Source: Eledone cirrhosa (Eukaryota). From it: DNA of 64,000 nt. Of the stretch, positions 1 through 15,953 are shown piece after piece; within the stretch, counting starts at the first letter, position 1, and each line of letters opens with the position of its first letter. The notes under the pieces were generated by a model. It did no database searches. It was not told where the DNA came from and saw only the letters and a program-made list of their open reading frames with translations. The stretch is from positions 30,070,001 through 30,134,000 of the forward strand of contig OZ024757.1 in NCBI GenBank assembly GCA_964016885.1, given 5' to 3'. Position numbers and translations under genes: made by a program.

Positions 1-9
1 AGAGAGAGA

Positions 10-212
10 AGTCATCTTTTTATCGAGTCGTTACACCATACCACACCCATCCAGTGTTTCAGACAGAGCATTACCTGGGGTGTTAAGGTTTCAATGTCGT
101 TAAGTGTGCATAAATCTTCAAGATTTGGCGCAAACTAGAAGGTGTTCCATAGTTTGCAGTTGCCCGCATTGTCTGATAGAATCATCATCATTGGCATATC
201 CCCATTTCTGTA
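10..212 (-). mobile_element. 3' fragment of an Ingi/Vingi-like LINE ORF (C-terminal Zn-knuckle), degenerate
   Basis: Minus-strand translation NLQKWGYANDDDSIRQCGQLQTMEHLLVC, then a frameshift to CTLNDIETLTPQVMLCLKHW; resembles the CxCG..QT..HL..C end of Vingi/Ingi ORFs (family assigned from memory). Confidence 0.5.
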
Positions 213-377
213 GGTTTGGCTCTGCAGCGACCAGCAGCGGTTCGGAGGATGTGATAAAGAGATATAAAAGAAAGAGTCAACCCCAGTACTCCACTGGTAC
301 TAGATTTATCGACCTCGAAAGGATAAAAGGCAAAGTTGTCGTCGGGATTCGAACTGGTGTTGACGTATTATTCGTCG

Positions 378-1272
378 TCGATGATGATAATGATGGCGGT
401 GATGCTGATGATGATGGTTATAGTGATGACGATGATTATGATGGAGGTGGCGATGATAATTTCGGTGATGCTAATGATGGCGATGATGATGATGATGATG
501 GTTATGGTGATGACGATGATTATGATGGCGGTGGTGAGGATAATGATGGAGGTGATGCTGATGATAGCGATGATGATGATGGTTATAGTGATAATGATGA
601 TTATGATGGAGGTGGCGATGATAATTTCGGTGATGCTAATGATGGCGATGATGATGATGATGATGGTTATGGTGATGACGATGATTATGATGGCGGTGGT
701 GATGATAATGATGGAGGTGATGCTGATGATAGCGATGATGATGATGGTTATAGTGATGATGATGATTATGATGGTGATGGCGGTGATGCTGATGATGGTT
801 ATGCTGATCACGATGATTATGATGGTAGTGGATGTGATAATTATGATGATAATGATTGTAGGGATGATGAAGTTGATGATGATGATGATGATGAGGGTGA
901 TAATAATGGTGGTGGTGATGATGATGATGATGTTAATTTCTCCTAATCACTGTTCTTATTCTTTGTTTTGTCTGTTTTTAAGGTAATGGTGTTGTTGATG
1001 ATGATGGCGATGATGGCGATGATGGTGATGGTGGTGATGGTGCTGATGATGGTGATGATGGCGATGATGGTGATGATTGTGATGATGGCGATGATGGTGA
1101 TGGTGCTGATCATGGTGATGATGCTGATGATGCTGACGATGGCGATGATGGTGATGATGGCGATGATGGCGATGATGGCGATGATAATGGTGATGATGGT
1201 GATGATAATGGTGATGATGGTGATGATGCTGATGATGATAATGGTGATGATAATGATGAAAAGGATGCTGAT
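378..1272. repeat. (GAT/GGT)n low-complexity repeat with a ~165-bp higher-order unit (421 vs 586)
   Basis: Read directly; the Asp/Met-rich ORFs here are artefacts of the triplet repeat. Confidence 0.9.
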
Positions 1273-1459
1273 GTCGTTATTTTTGCTCTTGTTTTGGTCA
1301 TTATCATCTCAACCACGCCCACTCTCTCTCTCTCTCTCACTATCTTCCTCCATTTAATTTCTCATTTCTTCAAAATTAAAGAACCACTCTACCGCCTCAG
1401 GTTTTAATTTGCAGACTCATTATCACTGACCAATCATATCGATCCTTGACAAATTGCAG

Positions 1460-4380
1460 AGCATCGTCAACACCACCACCTCCACCATCAACTCCACCAT
1501 CACCACCATCAACATGTCCGCCGTCACGAACACCACCGCCTCTACCAACATCTTCAATAACACCACCGCCGCCACCACCATCACCTTCGCCAGTTCTAAC
1601 AACAACCTTTTTCCAATTCCACCACCACGTCACAACTACCACTACCACCACCGCTACTATCAACACCACCACCACATCACCACCACTACCATTACCGTCA
1701 CTACCACCTCTACCAACACTGCTACTATCAACACCATCACCACCACCACCACTACCATTACCGTCACTACCACCTCTACCAACACTGCTTCCATCAACAC
1801 CACCACCACACCACCACCACCACCATTACTGTCACTACCACCTCTACCAACACTGCTACCATCAACACCACCACCACCACGCCACTACCATGACCGCCTC
1901 CACCACGTCACAACCATCACCACTACCATTACCGTCACTACCACCTCTACCAACACCGTTACCATCAACACCACCACCACCACCATGAGGATTACCACCA
2001 ACCCCAACTACAGCCTTAACACCATCACCTTACTAGCTCTACCAACAACATTTCAAGCACCACCCTCACATCCACCTCCACCATCACTACCACAACACCA
2101 CACCGCAACCATTGCCACTACTAACGCCATGAACACCACCATCACCGTCCCTCTACCAACATCGTCGATATTACTGTAATCACCATCCCTCCCCCTACAA
2201 TAACACCTGCAGCAATTTTACCATCAACAACACACCACCACAGTCTCCACTACCAATACCATCAACACCACCCCACCGTCGGCAATATCGGTAGAGGGTA
2301 GAGGGTCGGACACCATGCTTTGCAGTGTAGAGTTACGGCCCTTTGCGGTCTGTCTGAGTTCAAATCCCGCCAAAGGTTAACTTTACTTTTCATCCTTACG
2401 GGGTCGATAAAATAAAATACCAGTAACTCACTGGGGTAATTGCTGGCCTTGTGCCAAAAGTAGAAACAATTATTTCTACTACTATCATCATCATCATCAT
2501 CACAATGATATCCACACCAACACCAACACCATCACCAATACCAACACCATCACAAACATCAACACCAACCCCAACACCATCACCATCACCAACACCATCA
2601 CAAACATCAACACCAATACCAACACCATCACCAACACCAACACCATCACAAACACCAACACCAACACCAACACCAACACCATCACAAACACCAACACCAA
2701 CATCAACACCAACACCATCACCAACACCATCACAAACACCAACACCATCACAAACACCAACACCAATACCAACACCATCACCAACACCATCACAAACACC
2801 ATCACAAACATCAACACCAATACCAACACCATCACCAACACCAACACCATCACAAACACCAACACCAACACCAACACCAACACCATCACAAACACCATCA
2901 CAAACATCAACACCAATACCAACACCATCACCAACACCATCGCAAACACCAACACCAACACCATCACAAACACCATCACAAACATCAACACCAATACCAA
3001 CACCATCACCAACACCATCACAAACACCAACACCAACACCATCACAAACACCATCACAAACATCAACACCAATACCAACACCAACACCATCACCATCACA
3101 AATATCAACACCAATACCAACGCCAACACCATCACCAACACTAACACCAACACCATCACCATCACCATCACAAACACCACAATCACCACAACCAACACCT
3201 CGCACCACCATCACAATCACACTAACGTCAACGTTAAAAACACCAGCGTCACCAACACCACTACCATTGTCATCACCATCATCATCACCATCACACTAAC
3301 ACCAACACCAGTACCACCACTACCACTATCATCACCATCATCATCACAATCACATCAACACCACTACCACTATCATCACCATCACACTAACACTAACACC
3401 AACACCAGTACCACCACTACCATTGTCATCACCATCATCATCACAATCACATCAACACCACTACCATTGTCATCACCATCATCATCACAATCACATCAAC
3501 ACCACTACCATTGTCATCACCATCATCATCACAATCACACCAACACCACTACCATTGTCATCATCATCATCATCACCACAATCACATCAACACCACTACC
3601 ATTGTCATCACCATCACACTAACACCAACACCAGTACCACCACTACCATTGTCATCACCATTATCATCACAATCACATCAGCACCACTACCACTATCATC
3701 ACCATCATCATCACAATCACATCAGCACCACTACCACTATCATCACCATCATCATCACAATCACATCAACACCACTACCATTGTCATCACCATCATCATC
3801 ACAATCACATCAACACCACTACCATTGTCATCACCATCATCATCACAATCACATCAACACCACTACCATTGTCATCACCATCATCATCACAATCACACCA
3901 ACACCACTACCATTGTCATCACCATCATCCTCACAATCACATCAACACCGCTACCACTATCATCACCATCACACTAACACTAACACCAACACCAGTACCA
4001 CCACTACCATTGTCATCACCATCATCATCACAATCACATCAACACCACTACCACTACATCACCATCACACTAACACTAACACCAACACCAGTACCACTAC
4101 TACCATTGTCATCACCATCATCATCACAATCACATCAACACCACTACCATTGTCATCACCATCATCATCACAATCACATCAACACCACTACCACTATCAT
4201 CACCATCACACTAACACTAACACCAACACCAGTACCACCACTACCATTGTCATCACCAACACACCAACACTAACCTGACCAACACCAACACCTCCACCGT
4301 CATCATCACACCAACATCGTCACCACAATCACCACCACACCAACACCAAAGTCACCAGACACCACCACCACTATCCTCCC
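1460..4380. repeat. (CAC/CAT/CAA)n low-complexity tracts and ACACCA-type minisatellite, interrupted by a SINE at 2281-2474
   Basis: Degenerate triplet/hexamer repeats; PT-, H- and T-rich ORFs occur in several frames. Confidence 0.9.
2281..2474 (+). mobile_element. tRNA-derived SINE (octopus OK-like family)
   Basis: GAGTTCAAATCCC B-box followed by CTTTTCATCCTTACGGGGTCGATAAAAT..TACCAGT..AATTGCTGGCCTTGTGCC..AGAAAC(AATT)n; more than 10 copies in the window. Confidence 0.85.
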
Positions 4381-4593
4381 ATCACTGTTAAACATCAAAA
4401 TCGTTATTAAACCATCAAAACGTCGCTTAATTGATAAGCAAAGCAACGTAGGAGAAAAATAGATTAATTTTTTTTAAATACATGATTTAACATTTTACAA
4501 ATTTGTATTTAATTTCTAGGTGTGAAAATAATTATCATCATCATCATCACCATCAGCATCAGCATGAGCAGCGTTATTATTATCATTATTGTT

Positions 4594-4780
4594 GGTGGAT
4601 TGGCAGTATCGGTAGAGGGTCGGACGCCATGCTTTCCAGCATAGTTACGTCCCTTTACGATCTAAGTTCAAATCCCGCCGAGGTTGACTTTGCCTTTCAT
4701 CCTTACGGGGTCGATAAAATAAAGTACCAGTAATGCACTGAGTAATTGCTGGCCTTGTGCCTAAAGTAGAAACAATTATT
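4594..4780 (+). mobile_element. tRNA-derived SINE (OK-like)
   Basis: Near-identical to the copies at 11646, 51093 and 52268. Confidence 0.85.
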
Positions 4781-4944
4781 GTTATTACAATTTTCGTGTG
4801 CATTTTTTTTATGATAATTTCGGAAAAGAACGAAACTTTTTACCACAAAACAAATCTATTTTTTCTCCCGAAATGCATTTTCTGCATAAATAGGCATCTA
4901 TAATTATTGTATGTATAGGAAGGAATAAGATCTCAACGCAAATG

Positions 4945-5007
<63 letters not shown>

Positions 5008-5191
5008 GACTCTCGCTGGATTTGTACGTGTGTTATATAGTTATAGAGGTGCGTATTTACACTTTAGTTTATATTTTTAATTATCGTGTGTCTACCATGC
5101 CTTTCATAGGTTATAGATTCCATACACTGGTGGTTTTCCCTGTTTTATTGATGGCGCACTATCTCTCTCTCTATTGTATTACCTTTTCAAC

Positions 5192-5249
<58 letters not shown>

Positions 5250-5255
<6 letters not shown>

Positions 5256-5335
5256 AAATGACTAAGTTAGCTAGATTGAAAAATACTAATTATAATTAGT
5301 ATTTTTCAATCTAGCTAACTTACTCATTTACAATA
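5250..5335. repeat. Near-perfect 86-bp palindrome next to (TA)n
   Basis: TATTGTAAATGACTAAGTTAGCTAGATTGAAAAATACTAATTA|TAATTAGTATTTTTCAATCTAGCTAACTTACTCATTTACAATA; one mismatch, centre 5292/5293. Confidence 0.9.
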
Positions 5336-5473
5336 CAAACACTTATATGTTGGTATTAGTGTTTATCAAATATATTAATTTATATTAACTTGTATTACAC
5401 GGCTCAGAAATACTTCTTTCTTTGAGCTATTTCATTGTAAAGGACTGTTTGAGTTTAGAACTCGTTATTCATA

Positions 5474-5526
<53 letters not shown>

Positions 5527-5530
<4 letters not shown>

Positions 5531-5825
5531 ATGAAATCGTGTGTCGAAACAATATTGTTATACTTAGGGAGGGTCATATTGTTGTAATATTGCCAGAAAT
5601 AATAACAGAACACACTCACTGTTTGGTTGGTTCGCTTCTGTATATTTTATATCTTCATAGTTAATTTATTTGGCAATCAATATTTATCATTGATTGACCA
5701 GCAGTTAAAAATACAGATATAAATATATATATATATATAGTCTATCAAAGTTCTTTCGTTGCACATCTGCAACAACATCAGTGGTACTATTATGTTTCCT
5801 CCTGTTGTATTGTATTGACGTTACA
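5527..5825 (-). mobile_element. Solo pLTR/3' tail of the PLE family seen at 44274-45199, with a degenerate hammerhead (~5745-5790)
   Basis: Reverse complement of 44930-45199; core reads CTGATGT-tgttgcagatgtgcaac-GAAA. Confidence 0.65.
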
Positions 5826-5905
5826 ACAGGAGGAAACCGGTAAAGGAAACAAATAAATATTCTTAAAAAGACTCCAGTTGCATTTTCGATTTCATCTTTT
5901 TTCCT

Positions 5906-5962
<57 letters not shown>

Positions 5963-6950
5963 AAAAGAATGAAACGAAATTTCATTTCTCACTCTTAGTA
6001 CGGCTGATACCTAAGTATAAGTATGTATACGTACATACATATATGTGTACAGACGCACAGTAGTATGTATATATATAATATATATAATATATATAATATA
6101 TATAATATATATATATAATATATATAATATATATATATAATATTTATAATATATATAATATATATATATATAATATATATAATATATATATACATAATAT
6201 ATATATATAATATATAATATATATATATATATAATATATATATATAAATATATAATATGTATAATATATATATATATATATTTAATATATATATATATAA
6301 TATATATATATAATATATATATATAATATATATATAATATATATATATAATATATATATATATAATATATACATGTAAAGTTATATTTAAAATTGTTGGG
6401 TTACAACTAGTAAATATTTATAACTTGTCGAGTGTATATAATATATATATATATAATATATATATAATATATATATATAATATATATATAATATATATAT
6501 AATATATATAATATAATATATATATATAATATATATATATAATATATATATATAATATATATATATAATATATATATATAATATATATAATATATATATA
6601 TATATATATACGTGTCCGGCAATCGTTCAAGTTGAGAGAAGCGTGTAATTAAAATGGCGGTTTATATCAAGAGCTCTTATAATTTCAATTTTATTTCATG
6701 TTTTCATCACCAGCACCATCATTAACATCCTATTTAACATCGTCATCATCATCCCTATAATCGGACGGATAAAGTGAACAGTTGAAGATAAAAAAACATG
6801 ATTGTTTACAGCTCATAGGCTCATGTATAAGTATATGTGTAGGCATACGTATGTGCGTAGGTGAATGTGTGTGTGGATACATTTTTCAATGCTTGTGTCC
6901 GTATGAAATTTCAATCTCGCTTTCTTTTGCTGTTATATGTACGTAGTATA

Positions 6951-7009
<59 letters not shown>

Positions 7010-7117
7010 TTATTATTATTACTATATAGATATATATATACATATATATATGCATATATGTATATATACATTCACATACATATGCATGCATACACATACA
7101 TACATACATACATACCT

Positions 7118-7155
<38 letters not shown>

Positions 7156-7231
7156 TTATACACATAAATAGCAGTATAAATACTAGTATATATATATATA
7201 TGCTTTTACACATAAATACCAGTATATGGAT

Positions 7232-7275
<44 letters not shown>

Positions 7276-7309
7276 TATATGAATATATATATATATATAT
7301 ATGCATATA

Positions 7310-7372
<63 letters not shown>

Positions 7373-7783
7373 ATATGTATATATGCATATATGTATATAT
7401 ATATGAATATATATATATATATATACATGTATATATGTATATATGCATATATGTATATATATATGCATATATATGAATATATATGTGTACATATATATGT
7501 GTATATATATGTGTACACACACACACACGCGCACACACGGCTTTACAGCAATCATAAATCAAAAGACTTGTCTTATCTTCAGATTTGATGTTTTATTTAT
7601 TTAATACTTCCTTTCCAATAGCTACGCCACCTTAAAGAAAACATTCACATACTTTGAAGTTAACTAGTAATGCTTCTGGTGGGGAAAACCTTATGTAATT
7701 CCTCATAACATATTTATGTGTATGTGGGTGTGGGTTTGTTTGCATATTTATGCACATGTGCGTGTGGGTTTGTTTGCACATTT

Positions 7784-7825
<42 letters not shown>

Positions 7826-7944
7826 GTTATATTTAATTTGTTGGGATACAACAAGCAAATATTTTTATAACTGATATAAAGCATTCAACAAATTTTTGGA
7901 GTAAAAATACAATATATTAAACAAATGGAAACTATATTTATAAA

Positions 7945-8022
7945 ACCATATTTATTTCATTATACATATTTCAAGGACACCAAAGTAAATTATGGTGCGC
8001 TTTCATCAGATAAAATATAATA
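7945..8022 (-). ncRNA. Type I hammerhead ribozyme in a PLE pLTR fragment (7822-8040)
   Basis: Reverse complement: tattttat CTGATGA aagcgcacca..tggtgtcctt GAAA tatgta TA atgaaata. Confidence 0.75.
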
Positions 8023-8540
8023 TAGATCAGTTTTATAAACTGTATCGAAATGTATAATTTGAATACATTCTATGAAAGAACTCATATAAAAGGTATCTTA
8101 CGGTTTATGCTTTAGATATATTCTTAAGAAAAACTTTAAACATTAAGACGTTATAGTAAACAAACTTATATTTTAACAGTCACAACTGTATAACAGGTGG
8201 ATTTATAAAATATATAAAATTTATAAAATTATAACTTACTATAAAATAATATAAGGTTCTCTTATAATCTTAACTTTTTTTATCATCTTAACTTTTATAG
8301 CATATAATCCTTAGAGGTATCTAAATTACAAATAAATCAATAAATTTTCCATCACGCTGTATTGCTATTACTCAGAAGAGATTTTCCTTCGGTAAAATCT
8401 CTGAACATTTCTATATTTTAAACATATATTTTGCTATTTCTTATAAGTTTTATTGTTAATTGAAAAATTTAATAGTTAATTGTTGGTTGATGATTAATAA
8501 TAAATTTATGTAAGGTTATGTAATAATAACATATTTTGAT

Positions 8541-8615
<75 letters not shown>

Positions 8616-8624
8616 ATATATATA

Positions 8625-8766
<142 letters not shown>

Positions 8767-9220
8767 TCTTTTAATTATATATTCTTTTAATAATATATAG
8801 ATCTCAATTTTTAATTTTTTAATTTTAATTTATAGATCTCAATAATTTAATCAAATTTAAACATTAGATAAAATTCTCCGGTTATTACTATTTATTTATT
8901 TATATATCCACGCTTTATTTACTTCGCGTAATTCATCACTATATATTTATCTTTTCGCTTCATCATGTCATAAAATTACGTTAATACAACACTCTCTCAC
9001 TTAGGGTTTTCTCTCTTTCTCTTTCTTTTGTTTTTCTTTTTCCTTTCTTATTTTCCCTATTACAACGGCTTAATTTAAATGTATGGGAATTAAACCTTTC
9101 CGACACTAATTTGCATAATAGACCAATAATAAAATTAGTAACCCCACTATCCGGGAGCTTCCAACCGACATGGTTGCATTCTTTAAGGGTATGTCAATAT
9201 TTGTTTATAAAACTGATCTA

Positions 9221-9294
9221 TATTATATTTTATCTGATGAAAGCGCACCATAATTTGCTTTGGTGTCCTTGAAATATGTATAATGAAATAAATA
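9221..9294 (+). ncRNA. Type I hammerhead ribozyme (inverted partner of 7945-8022)
   Basis: CTGATGA 9234-9240, stem II aag..cacca/tggtg..ctt, GAAA 9271-9274, palindromic stem III, AUA triplet, stem I tattttat/atgaaata. Confidence 0.75.
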
Positions 9295-9408
9295 TGGTTT
9301 TATAAATATAGTTTCCATTTTTTAATATATTATATATATATATATGTGTGTGTGTGTATGTATGAATATATGTATGGATATATATGTATGGATATATGCA
9401 TGTGTATG

Positions 9409-9439
<31 letters not shown>

Positions 9440-9553
9440 GAATGTGTATATATACTGTGTATATATATATATATACATATAATAAAGTATGTCCATAGAA
9501 TCATTTGATAAAATATATTCACCATTTCCTCTCCCAATCAGCATAATCAACCA

Positions 9554-9615
<62 letters not shown>

Positions 9616-9940
9616 TACAGTATATATACACATTCATATACATATATATACATACAGATATATATACACATGCATATACATATATCCTTACATATACATA
9701 TGTACATACATATACATATATACATGCATATAAATGTATATATATATATATATATAACCAAAGATTAATATGGCTCATTGATTACTCAGTGAATATAGTA
9801 TTACAATAGATTAAAAGCACTCTACAAAGAAGTTTTCTGGAGTTATTAATATCATATAAATATTTAGATTTGTTGTAATAAATCACTGCCAATACTGGAA
9901 TTAAACCATCAAGACAGTTGAGGTTGTTATACATCAATTC

Positions 9941-10010
9941 ATGTATTTTATCTGATGAGGACGTACTGAAAAAACAGCACAGTACCACCGAAATATATAT
10001 AATAAAACAT
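9941..10010 (+). ncRNA. Type I hammerhead ribozyme (PLE pLTR fragment)
   Basis: CTGATGA 9952-9958, gg..gtactg/cagtac..cc, GAAA tatata TA ataaaa; same family as 27551 and 58876. Confidence 0.7.
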
Positions 10011-10063
10011 ATATTTTGATTATGTGAACGTCTTCATTTATTAATATTTTGAATAATATATAT

Positions 10064-10115
<52 letters not shown>

Positions 10116-10839
10116 ATTTGTGCATAAGTGTGTGCGTCTGCATTTTTGTATATATATATATATATATGGGGGTGGGGTATGTGTCTCGAGGAGGTGGGTA
10201 CAAGCTTGTGTCTATGTGTATTTGTATATATGTGTCTGAGAGAGAGTTGTAAAAAAAAAATGTAAGAAATCAGCATTATCATCATCTTCACTATTATCCT
10301 CATTATTATTACTACCACCATTGGCTTTCTCCACAAATGTCCCTCCGAAGTCTCCCCCCTATTGGGGAATTTTTCATTGTTATTTTTTGTTACATCCTCT
10401 GTTTTTGTTTTTTACACGCAGAAATGCCCATTTGTACCGTCCTGTATTGTCCTGCACTGTCCTTAATGTCTACTTTATGTAAACCCTTGTGGTTAATAAA
10501 GAAATCATTATTACTACCACCATTATTATTACTACTAACATTATTATCATTACTACTTAAACTACTACTACTACTACTACTTAAACTACTACTACTACTA
10601 CTTCTATTTTTAACATTACTACTACTACTACTACTACTTCTACTACTACTACTACTCTTATTATTTTTATCATTACTACTACTTCTACTACTACTACTAC
10701 TCTTATCATTTTTATCATTACTACTACTGCTACTACTATCATTATTATTAGTATTACTACGACTACTACTACTACTACTACGATTATTTTTATCCTTAAT
10801 ACTTTTTGTTTATTATTACTACTATCGTTATTAATATTG

Positions 10840-11222
10840 ATGTGAATTGGCAGTATCGGTAGAGGGTCGGACGCCATGCTTTGACGCATAGAGTTACGGC
10901 CCTTGCTATTCTGAGTTCAAATCCCGCCGAGGTTAACTTTGCCTTTCATCCTTACGGGGTCGATAAATAAAGTACCAGTAATGCACTGGGATAATTGCTG
11001 GCCTTGTGCCAATAGTAGAAACAATTATTTGACGTGGATTAGCAGTTTCGTTAGAGGGTCGGATGCCATGCTTTTCAGCAAAGAGTTTCGGCCCTTTATG
11101 ATCTGAGTTCAAATCCAGCCGAGGTTAACTTTGCCTTTCATCCTTACGGGGTCGATAAAATAAAGTACCAGTAATGCACTGGGTAATTGCTGGCCTTGTG
11201 CCTAAAGTAGAAACAATTATTA
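10840..11222 (+). mobile_element. Two head-to-tail OK-like SINEs
   Basis: Copies at 10840-11029 and 11033-11222. Confidence 0.85.
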
Positions 11223-11239
11223 CTACTAATACTATTATT

Positions 11240-11632
11240 ATTTCACTTGAAGAGGAAAATCAGCGTGGAGAGACAAGTGCTGTCTTCAAATAAGTTTGTT
11301 GAAAGGTGGGTGAAAGTGGCGAGTCTGGTCCGAGTGAACGGGCCTGCTCTGAGTATGCGCCTGTAGACTGAGGAGTGGAAAACTGAGAGAGGGCGCTTGC
11401 CCTGGTGGTCAGGGTGGCCGTGGTCTTCTGTGTGGTTTTCGCCACGAGTGACCCTCGGAAGTTTCCCCCCTATTGGGGAATTTTTTGTTGTTTGAATTTT
11501 TTTGATATTTCTATCTTCTTGTTATCACCTTTTTCACACTGCCAAAACCCACTTTGTATCGTCCTGTACTGTTCTGTGCCGTCTCTAATGTTTTTCTTCA
11601 TGTTAGCCCTTGTGGCCAATAAAGAAACCATT
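11240..11632 (+). mobile_element. 3' end of an L1/Tx1-like LINE (ORF2 C-terminus + 3'UTR); second 3'UTR piece at ~10335-10510
   Basis: FHLKRKISVERQVLSSNKFVERWVKVASLVRVNGPALSMRL*, then a UTR ending AATAAAGAAA-(ATT)n; the CCCCTATTGGGGAATTT motif is shared with 10355. Confidence 0.5.
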
Positions 11633-11645
11633 ATTACTATTATCA

Positions 11646-12066
11646 TGGCGGTGGATTGGCAGTATCGGTAGAGGGTCGGACGCCATGCTTTCCAGCATAG
11701 TTACGTCCCTTTACGATCTGAGTTCAAATCCCGCCGAGGTTGACTTTGCCTTTCATCCTTACGGAGTCAATAAAATAAAGTACCAGTAATGCACTGGGTT
11801 ATTGCTGGCCTTGTGCCTAAAGTAGAAACAATTATTACTATTATTATTACTATTATTATTATTATTATTACAGGGCGGTGGATTGGTAGTATCGGTAGAG
11901 GGTCGGACGCCATGCTTTGACGCATAGAGTTACGGCCCTTGCCATTCTGAGTTCAAATCCCGCCGAGGTTAACTTTGCCTTTCATCCTTATGGGGTCGAT
12001 AAAATAAAGTACCAGTAATGCACTGGGTAATTGCTGGCCTTGTGCCAAAAAGTAGAAACAATTATT
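11646..12066 (+). mobile_element. Two head-to-tail OK-like SINEs
   Basis: Copies at 11646-11836 and 11873-12066, separated by (ATT)n. Confidence 0.85.
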
Positions 12067-12114
12067 ATTATTACTATTATTATTACTATTATTGTTATTT
12101 TTATTTTCTTTCAT

Positions 12115-12478
12115 TATTGTTCCTGAGATATATGCCTAGTGTCTTCCTGACACCTAGGGCAAATAAATTCACAGTGCGCCGGTTAATACAGCACATTGAT
12201 TATAATTAAGGAAAAAAAACTATACATATATACACATGTGCATATGCATATGTAAATACAAGGAGGGATATCAATCTTACAGAGATAGTGCTTTTCTCAA
12301 TACGTGTGCATTACCAGTCAAAACAATTTTTTGCACCTCCTGCAGAGAGGGTAAACCAGGAATCATTCGCAAATATTGTTCTGTTCCTTTCTTGATCATT
12401 CCCAGTCCTCCCACAATCACTGGTATTGTAACGGCCTTGAGGTGCCATATTTTCTCAATTTCAATAAGCAGATCTTTA
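12115..12478 (-). mobile_element. 3' fragment of an R4/Dong-like non-LTR retrotransposon (restriction-like endonuclease C-terminus) in (TAA)n
   Basis: Minus-strand translation KDLLIEIEKIWHLKAVTIPVIVGGLGMIKKGTEQYLRMIPGLPSLQEVQKIVLTGNAHVLRKALSL*; flanked by TAA repeats, the known Dong target. Confidence 0.75.
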
Positions 12479-13108
12479 TTATTATTATTATTATTATTAT
12501 TACTACTATTATTATTATTATTACAACAGTCTGTTCATTAAACACAGTTAACGTGTGTTCCCAAAAGCAAAATTACAAACAAACAAACAAACAAAAATCA
12601 AACAAAACAAAAAAATAATACGAAAAAAATCAAACAAAAAAAGTTACTAGAATTGATTGCTGGTGACAAGCCTTATTTCTACACCTGCATGATTAGATTG
12701 CACGAGGCTGGCAGCAAGATGGTGACTCGTAGTTTGGGCTTCAAGAACGTCTTTTAGCAAAGGTAATCAAGGAATTTTAGACGGCAACGCTAATTACTTC
12801 ATTAGTGAAGAAACGCTAAAACAAATTACTAAATGTGCATACTTCCCTTTCCTTTTCCTACAACCACCAGCTCACTCATTATCTCCCCCTCCATCACTCT
12901 TTATCACTCTCTCCCCCTCTCCTCTTTATCTCTCCCTCCCTCTCTCTCTTTTTTCGATCTCTCTATCTCCATCTATCTCAAACTCTCACTCCCTCTCTTT
13001 ATCTCTACCCCCTCTCTTTAACGTTCTCTCTATCTCCATCTATCTATCTACCTTAAATTCTCCCTCCATCTCTTTATCACTCACTCTATCTATCTATCTA
13101 TCTCTCTC

Positions 13109-13175
<67 letters not shown>

Positions 13176-13254
13176 CTCTCTCTCGTAATTTGCTTCAGTA
13201 TTCCAATGTTTCAACTGTGACTTTGCATTACGACGCGTGTGTATACATGTGTGC

Positions 13255-13362
13255 ATCTACCTATATATATATAAATATATATATATATACATATATATAT
13301 ACATATATATATATACATACATTCATATATATATACATATATATATATATACATACATATAC

Positions 13363-13393
<31 letters not shown>

Positions 13394-14043
13394 CATGCAT
13401 ATATATATATACATATATACATGTATATATAACATGCATATATATATATACATGTATATATAACATGCATATATATATATACATGTATATATAACATGCA
13501 TATATATATATACATGTATATATAACATGCATATATATATATATACATGTATATATAACATGCATATATATATATGCATATATATATAACATGCATATAT
13601 ATATATATACATGTATATATAACATGCATCTATATATATATATACATGTATATATAACATGCATATATATATGCATATATATATAACATGCATATATATA
13701 TATGCATATATATATAACATGCATATATATATATATGCATATATATATATAACATGCATATATATATATACATACATATATATATAACATGCATATATAT
13801 ATATATACATATATATATTCATATATATATACATATATATATATAACATGCATATATATATATATATACATACATATATATCATGCATATATATATATAT
13901 ACATATATATATTCATATATATATACATATATATATATAACATGCATATATATATATATATACATACATATATATAACATGCATATATATATATATATAC
14001 ATACATATATATCATGCATATATATATATACATATATATATTC

Positions 14044-14110
<67 letters not shown>

Positions 14111-14117
14111 TATATTC

Positions 14118-14169
<52 letters not shown>

Positions 14170-14194
14170 GTATATATATATGAATATATATATG

Positions 14195-14256
<62 letters not shown>

Positions 14257-14299
14257 TATATTCATATATATATACATATATATATATAACATGCATATG

Positions 14300-14355
<56 letters not shown>

Positions 14356-15240
14356 TATTCATATATATATACATATATATATATAACATGCATATATATA
14401 TATATATACATACATATATATCATGCATATATATATATACATATATATATACATATATATATATAACATGCATATATATATATATATACATACATATATA
14501 TATGTATATACATGCATAAATATATATATATATAGACACACATATATATATATGTATATACATGCATAAATATATATATATATAGAACCACATATATATA
14601 CATACCTATATATATATACATACATATATATACATATATATATATACATATATACATATATATACATATATATACATATATATATATACATATATATATA
14701 CATACATATATATATACATACATATATATATATACATACATATATATATACATACATATATATATATACATATATATACATATATATATATATACATATA
14801 TATATACATATATACATATACATATATATATACATATATATATACATACATATATATACATATACATATATATACATATATATACATATATATATATATA
14901 TACATATATATACATATATATATACATACACATATATATACATACATATATATACATATATATATACATACACATATATATACATACATATATATACATA
15001 TATATATATATACATATATATATACATATATATATATATATACATTTATATACATATATATATACATACACATATATACATATACATATATATATATATA
15101 TATATACATATATATACATATATATATACATACACATATATATATACATTACATATATATATACATTACATATATATATATACATACTTATATATATATA
15201 TACATACTTATATAAATACATGATATATAAATACATTATA
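13255..15240. repeat. Compound (TA)n/(TACA)n/(AACATGCATATAT)n micro/minisatellite
   Basis: Read directly; similar tracts at 6060-6610, 6950-7520, 41520-42050 and 42720-43720. Confidence 0.9.
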
Positions 15241-15619
15241 TAAAGAAAATGATTGATTTTAAATCAGTGATATAATTTAAGGAGAAAAACTCTGCATTTC
15301 ATATAAATCGAAGGGAACGAATGTTCAGCGGGGTTTATGCCCTCGGCGAATCCTTTGATTAAAATGAAATATACTTATCCAAGTACCCTGGGCAATGTAG
15401 TTTCAGAATATATATGGTTATGGGGGTCTATCTCCAAAACCATAGGAGGAGTTCGTGAACAAACAAACAAACAGACAGACAGGAACTACAACTTTATATA
15501 TATATATATATAATATCATAAAACATGTCTCTAGAATCACCAGATTAAATATATACCGGTTCCTCTCCCAATTAGCATAATTAACCATATAAAAATCGAT
15601 TAGACCAAGCTATGTAAAC

Positions 15620-15707
<88 letters not shown>

Positions 15708-15953
15708 TTTGTAAAAAATCGATTAGACCAAGCTATGTAAACCTTTATATATATATATATATATATGTAGATATACATATACAAGTGTTTGTTTTTTATT
15801 TGCCCCGTTTTCTTTAAACCTAGTCATTCTAATTGCTGCGGTGTAATAATTATTGAAGAATTATACAAATGCGGTTATTCAAGACACTATTCCGACTTGA
15901 TTTGAAGGCATAAGAAAAGGAACAATAATTCGTATGTTATACGAAGAGCGATG

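Noticed and set aside
104-4278. Long Asp-, Met-, Pro/Thr- and His-rich ORFs
   Set aside because: Triplet/hexamer low-complexity repeats that are open in several frames and on both strands, interrupted by SINEs, with no splice or domain evidence.
12648-12760. Short unique open stretch ELIAGDKPYFYTCMIRLHEAGSK...
   Set aside because: No polypyrimidine tract, partner exon or recognisable motif.
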